DNA of 64,000 bases from Candidatus Uhrbacteria bacterium. Its GTDB lineage: Bacteria; Patescibacteriota; Patescibacteriia; UBA9934. Location of the stretch: NCBI GenBank assembly GCA_943354605.1, contig CALRCK010000002.1:71186-135185 (forward strand), given 5' to 3'. Below are positions 10,556 to 19,339 of this stretch, one piece after another. Made by a program: the position numbers and the translations under genes. How positions within the stretch are numbered: position 1 is the stretch's first letter; each line of letters starts with the position of its first letter. Below the pieces are notes generated by a model. It had not been told where the DNA came from. It saw only the letters and a program-made list of their open reading frames with translations, and searched no databases.

Positions 10556-12088
10556 TCATACAATCTCCTCCTTCTTTCCGAATGCCACAACCAGGCCGCC
10601 CGTCATCCACAAATACGGTGCGAGCGTTCTTGCTTCAAGATACGTTGCAAGAAATGCATTGACCGCAACCGCGATCATGGTTCCAGCAACCCCCAAGGCC
10701 AACGCACGAACTTCTGGGTCTTTTGATTCGCGATACACGCGCAAACACACAGAAAACAAGGCAATATACATCACGAGATATGCGCCAAGCCCCAACGTCC
10801 CCAATTCGCCCCACATGCTGAACCAATTGTTGTCGATATACCCCTCGGTACCGTACACGCCAAACGGCAAACCAAGTTGATCGTACACATCGGTATTCCC
10901 CAGTGCCGCAACGGCTCCTCCGCCGTATGTTCCCGGCCCATGGCCAAACAACGGCGACGACGGCACCACGGTCCACACGGTTTGCGCCATCCAGTACACG
11001 CGACCAAGCCCGAAATATTCGCCTTGCCATCGTGTGTAAGAGAATGCCTCAAAAAATCGCTCGCTCAGTGTTTGGCTCGACGAATCGATGAGTTGATTCA
11101 CAACAAGGCCAGAGAGTGAAAGATATCCAGCAACGAGCGACGCGCCAATAAGCGTTGCAACGAAAACTCGCTTATCGCGCTTGATGACGAGTGCGATAAA
11201 GAAAAACGCGAGCGCAAAACCAAACCACGCAGAACGGGAATACGCCAATCCCACAACAGGAATGGAAAACAGGAGAATGAACCACGCTGGCGTCTCCTCG
11301 TGTTTTGCAAGAACGCGCTCATATAAAAGCGCGACAAGAAGAATCAAAAAGAACGCCATGAATGTTCCTAACTGATCGTATCGACCGAGTGTGCCAAAAA
11401 CGCGTTCACCGGGATCCCAAAATTCTGTGGTGCCGGACGTGAGCTGTAAACTCCCAAGCGTTCGTTGTGCTGAAGGAAGAAGGAAGGTATCCAAAGGTTC
11501 ACCAATAACACGCTGAGCGTACCCAAGTGCGGCCTGAATGGTAACGATAACAAACATTGCGACGAGCAATTTTCGAACAACGTTTTTTGGTGGCGCAAGG
11601 TACACGACGATGAAGAACAGCAATACGAACCGGAATATTTGTCGCAAGCCAAGAATCGCAACCCATGGAGAAAGCGTGTTGATGACAACGGAAACCAACG
11701 CAAGAAAGATCACGACGCAAAAGGCAACATCGAGCGGTGTGCGCTTAAACACGATCGAGCCCGTGATCATTCGCCACAACACCACCGCGAGGAGCAAATA
11801 GACAACGAGCTCGGAGCCGTATCGCGCAAACACATACACGTCGTCTGGAACCCACTTCAGCAAAAACGGCTCGAATGGAAGATACGTCGCAAAGGCAACA
11901 AGCGTCCATGTTGGCTTAGCGAATGTAAAGGCGATGCCGATAATGACGAGTACCGCAGCAACAACAAGTGTCGACGAAAAAAACACCGTACCAAGAAACC
12001 CCAGTGCAAGGAGCACGGTAAACCCAAAAAACGCAAGACGCGCATGCTCTTCCGACGCACGATACAACGAACGGAAATTCGGGATCAT
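10556..12088 (-). CDS. O-antigen ligase/Wzy-family polytopic membrane protein
   Basis: Many TM helices; YSRSAWFG, PLFGHGPGTY, IDNNWFSMWGELGTLG motifs. Confidence 0.85.
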   Translation of the reverse strand: MIPNFRSLYRASEEHARLAFFGFTVLLALGFLGTVFFSSTLVVAAVLVIIGIAFTFAKPTWTLVAFATYLPFEPFLLKWVPDDVYVFARYGSELVVYLLLAVVLWRMITGSIVFKRTPLDVAFCVVIFLALVSVVINTLSPWVAILGLRQIFRFVLLFFIVVYLAPPKNVVRKLLVAMFVIVTIQAALGYAQRVIGEPLDTFLLPSAQRTLGSLQLTSGTTEFWDPGERVFGTLGRYDQLGTFMAFFLILLVALLYERVLAKHEETPAWFILLFSIPVVGLAYSRSAWFGFALAFFFIALVIKRDKRVFVATLIGASLVAGYLSLSGLVVNQLIDSSSQTLSERFFEAFSYTRWQGEYFGLGRVYWMAQTVWTVVPSSPLFGHGPGTYGGGAVAALGNTDVYDQLGLPFGVYGTEGYIDNNWFSMWGELGTLGLGAYLVMYIALFSVCLRVYRESKDPEVRALALGVAGTMIAVAVNAFLATYLEARTLAPYLWMTGGLVVAFGKKEEIV

Positions 12089-12139
12089 GAGATGATTATA
12101 ACAAACGTGGAGACGGCTCGCCGGGCCGTCTCGGGCCAT

Positions 12140-12221
12140 AAACGCGAAGAGTCCCCCGATCCAGCCTTGCGGCCGAGTCGAGGGACTCCGTGTGGTCGGC
12201 GTTGCGTACGCCTACCCGTGC
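12140..12221 (-). terminator. Conserved 3' module of high-GC gene (TACGCAR-loop hairpin plus terminator hairpin)
   Basis: Minus strand ggcg-TACGCAA-cgcc, then gagtccc..gggactc hairpin, then ttcgcgttt; very similar to 54032-54107. Confidence 0.65.
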
Positions 12222-12241
12222 GAACGAACCCTCAGATCACG

Positions 12242-14275
12242 CTAGCAGCCGTGCCCCGGGTACACCGTGGCATCGCTGTCGTTGCAGTCGGCGCTGTCTT
12301 CCATGTACCCGTAGGACGTGTAAGTGGCCTTCTGCGTGCACGACAGAGGGTCGGTGCAGGCGTCGGGGTTGCCGTACCCATCGCCGTCGCCATCGGCGCA
12401 GAACAGGACGAGATCCTCGTCCACACTGCCGTCGCAGTCGTTGTCCACGCTGTCGCAGACTTCGGAGGCTCCGGGGTACACCCCATCGTCCCCGTCGTCG
12501 CAGTCGGTGGAGTCAGACACGTACCCGGCCGGAGCCGAGCACGCCGCGTCGGTCGTGGAGGAGTCGCCGTAGCTATCCCCGTCGCTGTCCGCGTAGAAGA
12601 CGCTGGTGACGCCTTCGTCCGTGCTGCCATCGCAGTCGTCGTCCGCACCGTTGCACACTTCGGGTTCGCCAGGGTTCAGGCTGGCGTCGCCGTCGTCGCA
12701 GTCGGCACACACGTCGTAGCCGTCTCCGTCGTAGTCGCCGTCGTCCGCGCTCCCCGAACAGTCGTTGTCCACCCCGTCGCACCATTCGATGTCGCCGGGG
12801 TAGGAATCGTTGTTCGTGTCGTCGCAGTCGGTGTTGTCGGCGGTGTAGCCGGAGGGCTCACTGCAGGACGTGGTGCTGATGGCCACGTTGCCGTAGCCAT
12901 CGTTATCCGCGTCCACGTACCACGTGAGGGCGTCCACAGCGCCGTCGTCCACCACGCCATCGCAGTCGTCGTCCACGCTGTTGCACGTCTCGAGTTCCCC
13001 GGGGTTGATTCCGGAGTCGGCGTCGTTGCAGTCGGTGAGGTCGAAGACGTAGCCGGAGGGCGCGGTGCCGTCGCACGTAGCGGTGGAGATGGAGGGATCG
13101 CCGAAGCTGTCGCCGTCGGCATCGGCGTAGGAACTGGTCCACGAGAGACCGTCGTCCGCGCTGCCGCTGCAGTCGTTGTCCACCCCGTCGCACGCCTCCA
13201 CTTCCGCGGGGTTGATTCCCGCATCGGTGTCGTCGCAGTCTGAGACGTTCGTGCTGTAGCCGGCGCCCGGATCCGCGCACTCGGAGGTTCCTACACCCGC
13301 ACCGTACCCGTCGCCATCGGCATCGGGGTAGTAGATGATGGTGGCGAAATCCTCGTCCGTGGAGCCGTCACAGTCGTCGTCCGCACCGTTGCAGACTTCG
13401 GCCGCACCCGGGTTGATGCCCAAGTCGCCGTCGTCGCAGTCGGTGGAGTCGGCGACGTAGTCCGAAGGCTCGTCGCACGCGGAGGTGGAGATGGAGGGAT
13501 CGCCGTACCCGTCGCCGTCGCTGTCCGCGTACCAGGTGAGGGCGTCGGTCGCGCCTTCATCGACGGTGCCTTCGCAATCGTTGTCCACCCCGTCGCACAC
13601 TTCCGTGTTGCCGGGGTAGGCGGTCGCGTCGGTGTCGTCGCAGTCCTCGCACGCGATGGTTCCGTCGCCGTCCAGGTCGGACGTACCGGCGGATCCGTCG
13701 CAGTTGAGGTCGATGGTGTCCGTGCAGCTCTCCACGGCGTACGGGTGAACGGTGGCGTCGGTGTCGTCGCAGTCGGTGTCGTTCTCGACGTACCCGACCG
13801 GAGCCGAGCAGCCGTCGATCGTCGCCGAGGCGTCGCCGTACCCGTCGCCGTCCGCGTCCGCGTAGAACGTCTTCTGGTCGGCGGCATCGCTGTCGATGTT
13901 GCCGTCGCAGTCGTCGTCTACGCCGTTGCAGACCTCCACCGAACCCGGGTTGATCGCCGGGTCGGCGTCGTCGCAGTCGTCGTCGGCCGTGAAGCCGTCG
14001 CCGTCCGCGTCGATGGGCTTGGCGGTGTCGCCGGTCTCACCGGTCTCGACCGAGTCCGAATCGCCGGTTTCCGAGTTGGTGTCCGGGACGGAGTCGGAAT
14101 CGGTCACGGTGCTGTCGCCGGTGCCGGTGTCGGAATCGCCGCAGTTGAGGTCAATGGTGACGGTGCCACCAAAGAGACCACCGGACGACTTCGTGCAATC
14201 GCCGGACGGCACCGCACAGGCATTGAGGACGAGGGTGACGAGAAAGGAGGGAACGAGAACGAGGGAACGGGTCAT
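12242..14275 (-). CDS. High-GC lipoprotein with tandem 'putative metal-binding motif' (MopE-related) repeats
   Basis: Lipobox-like LNAC; about ten DCDDxDxxxxPGxxEvCDGvDNDCDG / YADxDGDGYG repeats; SD GGAG before ATG 14275. Confidence 0.85.
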   Translation of the reverse strand: MTRSLVLVPSFLVTLVLNACAVPSGDCTKSSGGLFGGTVTIDLNCGDSDTGTGDSTVTDSDSVPDTNSETGDSDSVETGETGDTAKPIDADGDGFTADDDCDDADPAINPGSVEVCNGVDDDCDGNIDSDAADQKTFYADADGDGYGDASATIDGCSAPVGYVENDTDCDDTDATVHPYAVESCTDTIDLNCDGSAGTSDLDGDGTIACEDCDDTDATAYPGNTEVCDGVDNDCEGTVDEGATDALTWYADSDGDGYGDPSISTSACDEPSDYVADSTDCDDGDLGINPGAAEVCNGADDDCDGSTDEDFATIIYYPDADGDGYGAGVGTSECADPGAGYSTNVSDCDDTDAGINPAEVEACDGVDNDCSGSADDGLSWTSSYADADGDSFGDPSISTATCDGTAPSGYVFDLTDCNDADSGINPGELETCNSVDDDCDGVVDDGAVDALTWYVDADNDGYGNVAISTTSCSEPSGYTADNTDCDDTNNDSYPGDIEWCDGVDNDCSGSADDGDYDGDGYDVCADCDDGDASLNPGEPEVCNGADDDCDGSTDEGVTSVFYADSDGDSYGDSSTTDAACSAPAGYVSDSTDCDDGDDGVYPGASEVCDSVDNDCDGSVDEDLVLFCADGDGDGYGNPDACTDPLSCTQKATYTSYGYMEDSADCNDSDATVYPGHGC

Positions 14276-14392
14276 GATAATCTCCAGGATCAGTGAGGGA
14301 AAGTGTCGTATCTGAGGGTTCTGTTTTGAAAGATTCGTGCCCGAATGAGGGCGTCGTGACATCGTGTCACTCCCCCATGCGAGGGACAAGGA

Positions 14393-14425
14393 AGAATAGT
14401 CTAAAAGTGTCGAAAAGTAAAGCAA
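14393..14425 (-). promoter_or_regulatory. Putative sigma70 promoter
   Basis: TTGCTT-16-TAGACT or TTTACT-17-TATTCT. Confidence 0.4.
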
Positions 14426-14554
14426 AAAAGTGGAGAAAATTCAAACGACCTCGGACACTCGACCAACCCGCGTGGGGAAGGAAGAGGCCGAGGCCGTTCG
14501 TTGCGTGAGTCACCGAACCGTCACGCGGCGGGGTTGCTGCCGACTTCCGCACGC

Positions 14555-15301
14555 CTAGGGCGTGTACAGGTACTCGTAGCTGCCGTACGTGGCGTACGCC
14601 GTGGCGCTGAGGTCGTACCCGTTGACCGAGTACTGGACCACCGCGCAGGTGACGTTGCCGTCGTAGAACACCGCGTTGCCGGTGAGGCCGCCGCAGGCGT
14701 ACACGGAGAAGTCGCCGTAGCCGTCGGTCGTGGTGCTGAGGCCCGAGAGCTTCAGCACGTGACCGGTGGAGCCGGGGTACTCCGCGCACTCGCCCACGAG
14801 GTCGCTGGTGTAGAGCGGGGTCGGGACGGTGCCGTCGGACGCGAACCAGTAGGTGCTGTCCCCGCTGGTCATGTCGAGCACGGCCACGGAGTAGGCGGCG
14901 GCGGAGGTGACCGTACAGATCCGGGTGACGTCGTGGACGTCGTTGTCCGAGTCGTTGAGGTCGCCGCCGATCGCCACGTAGCCGGAGGGCTGGGTGCAGG
15001 ACCACGTCGAGCTGGCGGTGAGGCCGAACCCGTCGTTGTCCGCGTCCAGGTACCACACGATCTCCGTGCACGCGCTGGTGTCCTCCGCCGTGTCGGCGGA
15101 GTCCGCGGTGTCGTCGGCACCCGAATCCGCGGTGTCCGTGGAGTCCGTGTCCGTGTCGGTCGAACCGGTGGAGCCGGAGCTGCCGATGCCGCCGAAGCTG
15201 TAGCCGCCGGAGGCGGGGGCCTCGGAGCCGGTGTCGGGCGCCGGGCTGGACACGCCGCAGGCGGCGAGGGTGAAGAGGAACGGAACGAGGGTGGAACGCA
15301 T
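14555..15301 (-). CDS. High-GC lipoprotein with one metal-binding-motif-like repeat
   Basis: MRSTLVPFLFTLAAC; D/T-rich linker; WYLDADNDGFG; SD GGAG. Confidence 0.8.
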   Translation of the reverse strand: MRSTLVPFLFTLAACGVSSPAPDTGSEAPASGGYSFGGIGSSGSTGSTDTDTDSTDTADSGADDTADSADTAEDTSACTEIVWYLDADNDGFGLTASSTWSCTQPSGYVAIGGDLNDSDNDVHDVTRICTVTSAAAYSVAVLDMTSGDSTYWFASDGTVPTPLYTSDLVGECAEYPGSTGHVLKLSGLSTTTDGYGDFSVYACGGLTGNAVFYDGNVTCAVVQYSVNGYDLSATAYATYGSYEYLYTP

Positions 15302-15423
15302 GAGAGTCTCTCCGAGGGTGACACGGCCCGTGCTTTTGCTAAGCGCGGGTTGTGGCAGAAGTGAAACTTTCGCTTCACTGCTCGCACAATTCTGTGTCCA
15401 TTCCTATAAAATCTTGACCGAGT

Positions 15424-15452
15424 ATTGTAGCAAAAATTTGGAACTTTGTCAA
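15424..15452 (-). promoter_or_regulatory. Near-consensus sigma70 promoter
   Basis: TTGACA-17-TACAAT. Confidence 0.75.
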
Positions 15453-15477
15453 TGATCAAAGCTCGGTTCGAGCCGAC

Positions 15478-15602
15478 GAGAACGGTTTTATTTGCGACGA
15501 GTTTGGACGCGCTTCGAGCAAAGTTCGCGAGGCGTACTTCTCGGTACGTTGAGCGAATTTGCGAAGAAGCAAGTTCAAAATCGGCCAAATAAAACTGTTC
15601 TC
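15478..15602 (+). repeat. ~125-bp palindromic element, copy 2
   Basis: Arms gagaacggttttatttg / caaataaaactgttctc; core GAGGCGTAC-ttctcg-GTACGTTGAG. Confidence 0.9.
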
Positions 15603-15719
15603 AAAAGCGAACACCCCGGGCGACCGCTTCACTCCCCCGTAGTTGGGAAGGAAGGGTCGCACCGGGGTGCGCGTGGTTGCCGCGTTCACCCACACGGCAG
15701 GTCGGGCTGGGGAGCCCTA

Positions 15720-16352
15720 CTAGTACGTGTGGCAAGCCGTGTCGGGCGGGGCGAAGCTTCCGCCGAGCGGGCTCACCACACCGTTCTCGACCATGAACGA
15801 CCAGTTGACGTCCGTGCGGTAGCCGCTCGAGTCGTAGCCGGTCATGCCCGCGCAATCGGGGCTGCCGTTCACGATCGTGGCGAGGTAGCGCGAGTCGTCG
15901 TTGGTCGTGAGGCCCTCGAGCGCCTGGCAGAAGCCGTTCTGCGTGTACGGAGTCGCGGACGTGAGCCCGCAGGTGATCTCGTACATGCCGTCGCGGATGC
16001 CGGTGGCGCCGTAGCCGACGACCTCGCCCGTCGAGTTGGTCAGCTCGGGGAGCGGGAGGAAGGCGGTCTCCCAGCCGAACTCCGCGTCGTTGTACTCCTC
16101 CGAGCCGAAGCCGAAGGTGGAGTAGCTCTGGCCCGAGGCGTTCACCGGCATGGTGGCGCTGAAGAACCAGGCGACGCTGGCGCCCACGTCCGTCTGCCCG
16201 AAGGCGTAGGACTGGTTGCCGTAGTCCGAGATGCCGTTGCCGTCGAGGTCGTCGATGGCCACGATCTCCTGGACTTCGCCGCCCGAGACGTCGGGGCCGG
16301 AGGAGTAGGTGGAGCAGGCGGGGAGGATGGTGAAGAGCGCGATGAGGATCAT
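15720..16352 (-). CDS. High-GC hypothetical lipoprotein
   Basis: MILIALFTILPAC; SD GGAG; GC-rich third codon positions. Confidence 0.75.
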   Translation of the reverse strand: MILIALFTILPACSTYSSGPDVSGGEVQEIVAIDDLDGNGISDYGNQSYAFGQTDVGASVAWFFSATMPVNASGQSYSTFGFGSEEYNDAEFGWETAFLPLPELTNSTGEVVGYGATGIRDGMYEITCGLTSATPYTQNGFCQALEGLTTNDDSRYLATIVNGSPDCAGMTGYDSSGYRTDVNWSFMVENGVVSPLGGSFAPPDTACHTY

Positions 16353-16476
16353 GACTGTGTCTCCGAACGGGTGGAAGAAGGCCGGGGGTTCCCGGCGACT
16401 CGGGTTGCGAGCCACCTGGATGTCCAGGCCTTGGCAGAAGTGAAGGATTTCCTTCACTGCTTGCAAGGACTGGCTT

Positions 16477-16602
16477 ACAGGACTTCCTCATTTTGACTAT
16501 TTTCGGCTTGCTCGTCGCACATTCGCTCAACGTACCGAGAAGTACGCCTCGCGAACTGTGATCCTCGCGCACCGAAACTAGCCTAAAATGAGAAAGTTCT
16601 GT
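16477..16602 (-). repeat. ~125-bp palindromic element, copy 3 (inside the predicted 5' leader of a high-GC gene)
   Basis: ctcaacgtac-cgagaa-gtacgcctc core with ~18-bp inverted arms. Confidence 0.9.
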
Positions 16603-16632
16603 GTAAAACTCATGTTCAATTGTGAACCAAGT

Positions 16633-16661
16633 ACTATAGCAAGAATTTGAAGTTTTGTCAA
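16633..16661 (-). promoter_or_regulatory. Near-consensus sigma70 promoter, homologous to 15424-15452
   Basis: TTGACA-17-TATAGT with a similar spacer sequence. Confidence 0.75.
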
Positions 16662-16837
16662 TGATTGAGGTTCATCAATCATTCATTTTGCTGCAAATGC
16701 TCTTGTATTGAGAAGCGTCGCGAACGGCCGGGGGAATCGAGGCTTGTGGCCCCTATCCCCCAGCCGAACCGTTGCGTGGTCACCGTGTCCTTGCCCGTCA
16801 GCCCCACTTCGACATGGGGCCTACTAGGGCGAAGGAA

Positions 16838-17818
16838 TCAGCGCACCGTCACCGAGCTGCCGCTGCCGACCGGACCGGCGAAGAAGCGGATGCCGCCGTG
16901 GCCGTAGCCCACCCCGCCGATGCCGGCGGTCGAGCTGTCGACCATGTCGTACCCGCCGCCCACGAAGAGCTCGATGTTCACCGGCCCGAAGGCCTGGAAA
17001 TCGATCCCCACCTGCGCCTGCCCGCCCGTACGGGTGGCGGAGCACAGGGGGTCGCCCGTAAAGGCGCCCTCGCAAACGAACGACGGACCGATGCCGACGA
17101 CGAGGTCCGCCCCCTCACCGAGGTTCTGCACCAGCTCCGGGAGGGCCCGGATCGAGGTGGCATCGGCGCTGAAGCCGTACCCACCGTCGATCTCGAGGGC
17201 CACCCACGTGTTCGCGTGGACGTCCCAGGAGAAGCGGCCGAAGAGCTCGGTGCGGTCCGACACCCAGGCATCGCTGCCCGGGAGCGGCGGGGCCACCGTC
17301 CCCATCTCGGACAAGCCGATCTGGAAGCGGGTGCCCGACACGCGGACCGTCTCGGTGTGCTCGGTGTGCTCGACGACCGTCGGGTTGACCGTCACGTCCG
17401 ACGCCGCCACGTTCACGACCGGGGCCGGGACGTTGACGACGATCGGCCGGGTCTGCTCCGCACGCAGCGCCTCGGTCAGCTCCGTGATCTCCGCCTTGAG
17501 CGACTCGATCTCCGCGGTGTGCGGGTCGGGCTGCGGGGCGGAGGCGGCGGGGGCCGGGGCGGCGGGCGGGGCGGCGGGGGCCTTGGGCGCGGCGGGCTTC
17601 GGGGTGCTGGGCTTCGCGGTCGCCTTCGGCTTGGCCGGGGCCGCGGGCTTGCACGACGACTTCGCGGCGCACTTGGCGCGCAGCTCGGCGAGCTGGGCCT
17701 CGAGGGCCTGGCGCTCGATGGCGTCGCGCACGACCTCGGTCTCGAGAAGCGAGGGGTCGAGGGTGGCGCCGTCGTCGGCGTAGGCGGAGAGGGTGAAGGA
17801 CAGGAGCAGGGTGAGCAT
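16838..17818 (-). CDS. High-GC secreted protein: coiled coil, P/A/K linker, possible C-terminal beta-barrel
   Basis: Signal peptide ending AYA; SD GAGGAG; alternating polar/hydrophobic Gly/aromatic strands in the last ~160 aa. Confidence 0.7.
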   Translation of the reverse strand: MLTLLLSFTLSAYADDGATLDPSLLETEVVRDAIERQALEAQLAELRAKCAAKSSCKPAAPAKPKATAKPSTPKPAAPKAPAAPPAAPAPAASAPQPDPHTAEIESLKAEITELTEALRAEQTRPIVVNVPAPVVNVAASDVTVNPTVVEHTEHTETVRVSGTRFQIGLSEMGTVAPPLPGSDAWVSDRTELFGRFSWDVHANTWVALEIDGGYGFSADATSIRALPELVQNLGEGADLVVGIGPSFVCEGAFTGDPLCSATRTGGQAQVGIDFQAFGPVNIELFVGGGYDMVDSSTAGIGGVGYGHGGIRFFAGPVGSGSSVTVR

Positions 17819-18023
17819 CGGATTGATTCTCCTCGGCCGGATGGCCGATGGTTCGGGTCAAGAATTGCGCGGGCCGGATGGCCTACTTGAGCATTTCGCG
17901 CTCCAGAAGTTCGGCGTCGACCGGGTGTTGGAGGGAACACCCAGAACACCAAACTCCTGGAGAACGAAATGCCCTGTTTTCTTTGACCTTTCTCCGATGG
18001 AATCCTTTATTCAAGGACAGACC

Positions 18024-18052
18024 ATCATACCAAGAAACGCCCAAAAAGTCAA
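18024..18052 (-). promoter_or_regulatory. sigma70 promoter
   Basis: TTGACT-17-TATGAT. Confidence 0.7.
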
Positions 18053-18242
18053 ATATTGGCGAATGTTAGAGAAGAAAATTGACCAAAATAAAAACCCTTT
18101 CCGGAGACCCTATGATCACAGATTGCAACGAGGAGGAGGCGTCACAAACGTTTCGTAGGGTCCCCGCAAAAGGCTTTCGTGAGCAAAGGGAACCAAAAGC
18201 AGGCGCAAGCGTCAAGAATCTATCAACAATGAACCGGGATAA

Positions 18243-18632
18243 GTGAACCTGGCCTGAAGTGACCTTAGATGGCATTGAGGGGGCGGGTCTGAATCCTTGA
18301 AAAGAGAATGGACGGGACGAGGCTGGGAGTACGAGGTACTGCGACAAGAAATGACACCCTTGAATTTTGGGGTTTTAAAACTGGGTCACAAAATGTGATC
18401 TGAATCGAAAGTCGATGAAAAGTGAAATTGATTTCGAAAATACACGATTGTCGATCGTAAACGGCGCTATCAGCGACCTTGCGCATCGCCAAAATCGACC
18501 AGCGTTTCCTTAATGCAACTCAGTTGCGTTTACAAAACACCCTGTTTGAAATCAAATACCCCCAACTCTCCCCGCCCAACTCAGGCTGGTCGAGCGTCGC
18601 CGATGATGCGTCGTGTCGTCGCTTCCGTCACG
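18243..18632 (-). repeat. ~380-bp non-coding repeat, copy A (inverted relative to 29335-29706)
   Basis: Collinear blocks shared with copy B, e.g. catcatcggcga, ttgcattaagRaaacgctggtcgattttg, tcgcagtacc. Confidence 0.75.
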
Positions 18633-18690
18633 TCAATCCAAGATTCACCTCCCTCCAACTCCCTCCTTCGTAAGGAGGGAGAGGTATCAC

Positions 18691-19335
18691 CTAATCCTCA
18701 TCATGCATGAACTGGTGCCGACGGCGGGTGCGTTCTGCGGCAATCAGGAGATAGCCAGCTCCGCCAAGTAATCCAAGCGCGAGGCCGGAGAAACCGTTAA
18801 TCAACAAGTTCGGTCGAACTGGGTATCGCGAGTTCAGTGGCTCATCCACAACCTGCACGGTGATGTTCCCGCCAGACGTATACGTCCAACCCTCCGTGGT
18901 GAGCACATACGCAACCGCTTGCGCAATTTGCTCTGCTTGCTGCACGTCTGGATGATACGCGGTAATGGAAAGCGATCCGCTGCTCCGCGACACTTCGGCG
19001 GTTACCGTCTTCTCCCACTGATCCCGAAGCTTGATGGCATCATCAGGAAAATAGGTTGGATCAATGTCGTACCCCGATGCCATCACCTTATCGAAGAACG
19101 TTGAGTAATACACCGCGCTCGCAAGTCCGTCGGCAATACGTTCCGCAGAACGGCTCGCCGTATATGCATCAACCGCGCCAAGTTCTTGGGTAATAAGAAT
19201 CTGCGTCGTTGAGCTGTATTCCAGTGGACGCAAAAACGACAACCCAACCGCAAGCGCCATGCCAATAACACCCGAAAGAAGGATGGTTACCCATCCGCTT
19301 AATAACGGCGTGAGCTGTGCGTATCGATATGCCAT
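18691..19335 (-). CDS. Wzz/CapA-like polysaccharide chain-length determinant
   Basis: Two TM helices flanking a loop; PLEYSSTTQILI; PVRPNLLING. Confidence 0.75.
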   Translation of the reverse strand: MAYRYAQLTPLLSGWVTILLSGVIGMALAVGLSFLRPLEYSSTTQILITQELGAVDAYTASRSAERIADGLASAVYYSTFFDKVMASGYDIDPTYFPDDAIKLRDQWEKTVTAEVSRSSGSLSITAYHPDVQQAEQIAQAVAYVLTTEGWTYTSGGNITVQVVDEPLNSRYPVRPNLLINGFSGLALGLLGGAGYLLIAAERTRRRHQFMHDED

Positions 19336-19339
19336 ACGT

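Noticed and set aside
12242-14275. Repetitive DNA as a CRISPR array or DGR template/variable repeat
   Set aside because: The repeats are in-frame protein repeats with synonymous variation; no cas or reverse transcriptase gene is present.
12140-18100. High-GC segments as contamination or chimeric assembly
   Set aside because: They occur at four separate loci, alternate gene by gene with AT-rich promoters, and contain two copies of the backbone palindrome. Read-level confirmation is still needed.
18112-18246. 44-codon ORF (MITDCNEEEA...) with GGAG upstream
   Set aside because: Short, with no motif or other support.
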